DNA from: Auanema rhodensis
Lineage: Eukaryota > Animalia > Nematoda
Length of the DNA stretch: 64,000 nt
Direction of reading: 5' to 3'
NCBI GenBank assembly: GCA_964057225.1
Contig: OZ059894.1
Coordinates: forward strand, 7,440,001-7,504,000
This document shows positions 63,233 through 64,000 of this stretch, in pieces. Every line of letters begins with the position of its first letter. The stretch's first letter is position 1. The position numbers and the translations under genes are program-made. Below the pieces are notes generated by a model. The model did not search any database. It saw only the letters and a list, made by a program, of their open reading frames with translations, and had not been told where the DNA came from.

Positions 63233-64000
63233 TGTCACATCTGCTAGCACATGGTAAACATGTGCGCGCTATTCAAATAGCGGGAGCCTGAACAAGCCCC
63301 GCCTACAACATGGGACACACATGGCACTCTTGCTTCTGGCCTAACCCAGATAGGTTGTCTTATAGCCATGTGAGTCTCATCTCTATATCATCTATATATA
63401 TACTCTATTTAATACTTTATTATATCTCTTTATATTCTTTCTTAATGTAATTCTTATATTGTATTTTCTTGTTATCTGATAATGAATCTTTTTCTCTTTA
63501 AGTATTTGTCTTAATAAGGAAATCGGGGCGTTCGGGTCTGCCTACCTAAGGAACAAGGTAGAAGTACATATATCTTCCGACCATGAAAAGACGGGAAGAA
63601 ACAATATGTAACGTGGAGGTTCCACCTTGCTTACTTTACTGTTAATTTATTGACAGCAAGTTTACGAGACTTTTGGACTTAATTACCCAACAGTGAGGAG
63701 TAACCGAGCCGTGCACCATGATTTCCCCAAAAATTATTTTGGCTACCACTTCTCCTCCGCTCAACGAAAACTGGGAGGTGTCTGAGACGTTTGGGGAAAC
63801 TATCAGACAATAGTTTTGACGAGCGTTACCTTTTTGTTATGCACGCGCGTGCTATTTTGATTCATTACTTTATGATGTGAATGTCCAGTGTGGCAACAGA
63901 GCTCACTTTTTAGCTGAGTTGTTTGGAAGCTGGAGGCTGTTGGGATAATTTTATTTACGATTTATTAATTTTGATTCACATCCAAGGGTTCATCAGGGTT
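63233..64000 (+). mobile_element. 5' end of a second LTR retroelement (putative 5' LTR 63233-63613, then leader; truncated by the window)
   Basis: The array breaks abruptly inside a 122-bp unit at TGTCACAT. The segment ends ATGTAACG (imperfect inverted repeat) and is immediately followed by the same PBS as element 1. Confidence 0.85.
63614..63626 (+). promoter_or_regulatory. Primer-binding site, tRNA-Gln (element 2)
   Basis: TGGAGGTTCCACC, identical to 38705-38717. Confidence 0.85.

Overview
Eukaryotic DNA, most likely nematode (inferred from the tRNA-Pro acceptor stem GGCCGAA, TTTTCAG-type splice acceptors and a 45-nt intron). About 51 kb (1-38338 and 50410-63232) is a head-to-tail array of roughly 138 tRNA-Pro(TGG) genes (manual count), all on the + strand. 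The array is built from a ~253-bp tRNA unit and a related tRNA-less 122-bp unit, arranged into kb-scale higher-order duplications. A complete, apparently very recent 12,071-bp Ty3/gypsy LTR element (38339-50409) is inserted in it. It has 366-bp LTRs that look identical, non-canonical CG...CG termini, a 4-bp TCGG target-site duplication, a tRNA-Gln primer-binding site (PBS) and a polypurine tract. Its single long ORF has the order Gag - signal peptide - herpesvirus-gB-like class III envelope glycoprotein - TM - PR-RT-RH-IN, so env sits in frame between gag and pol. Three further oddities: a spliced antisense accessory gene (~162 aa) in the 5' leader, a ~1.24-kb AUG-free stretch suggesting non-AUG initiation plus leaky scanning, and a leader hairpin shared with a second LTR element that starts at 63233 and uses the same PBS. 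The many short ORFs in the array are artefacts of the repeat.
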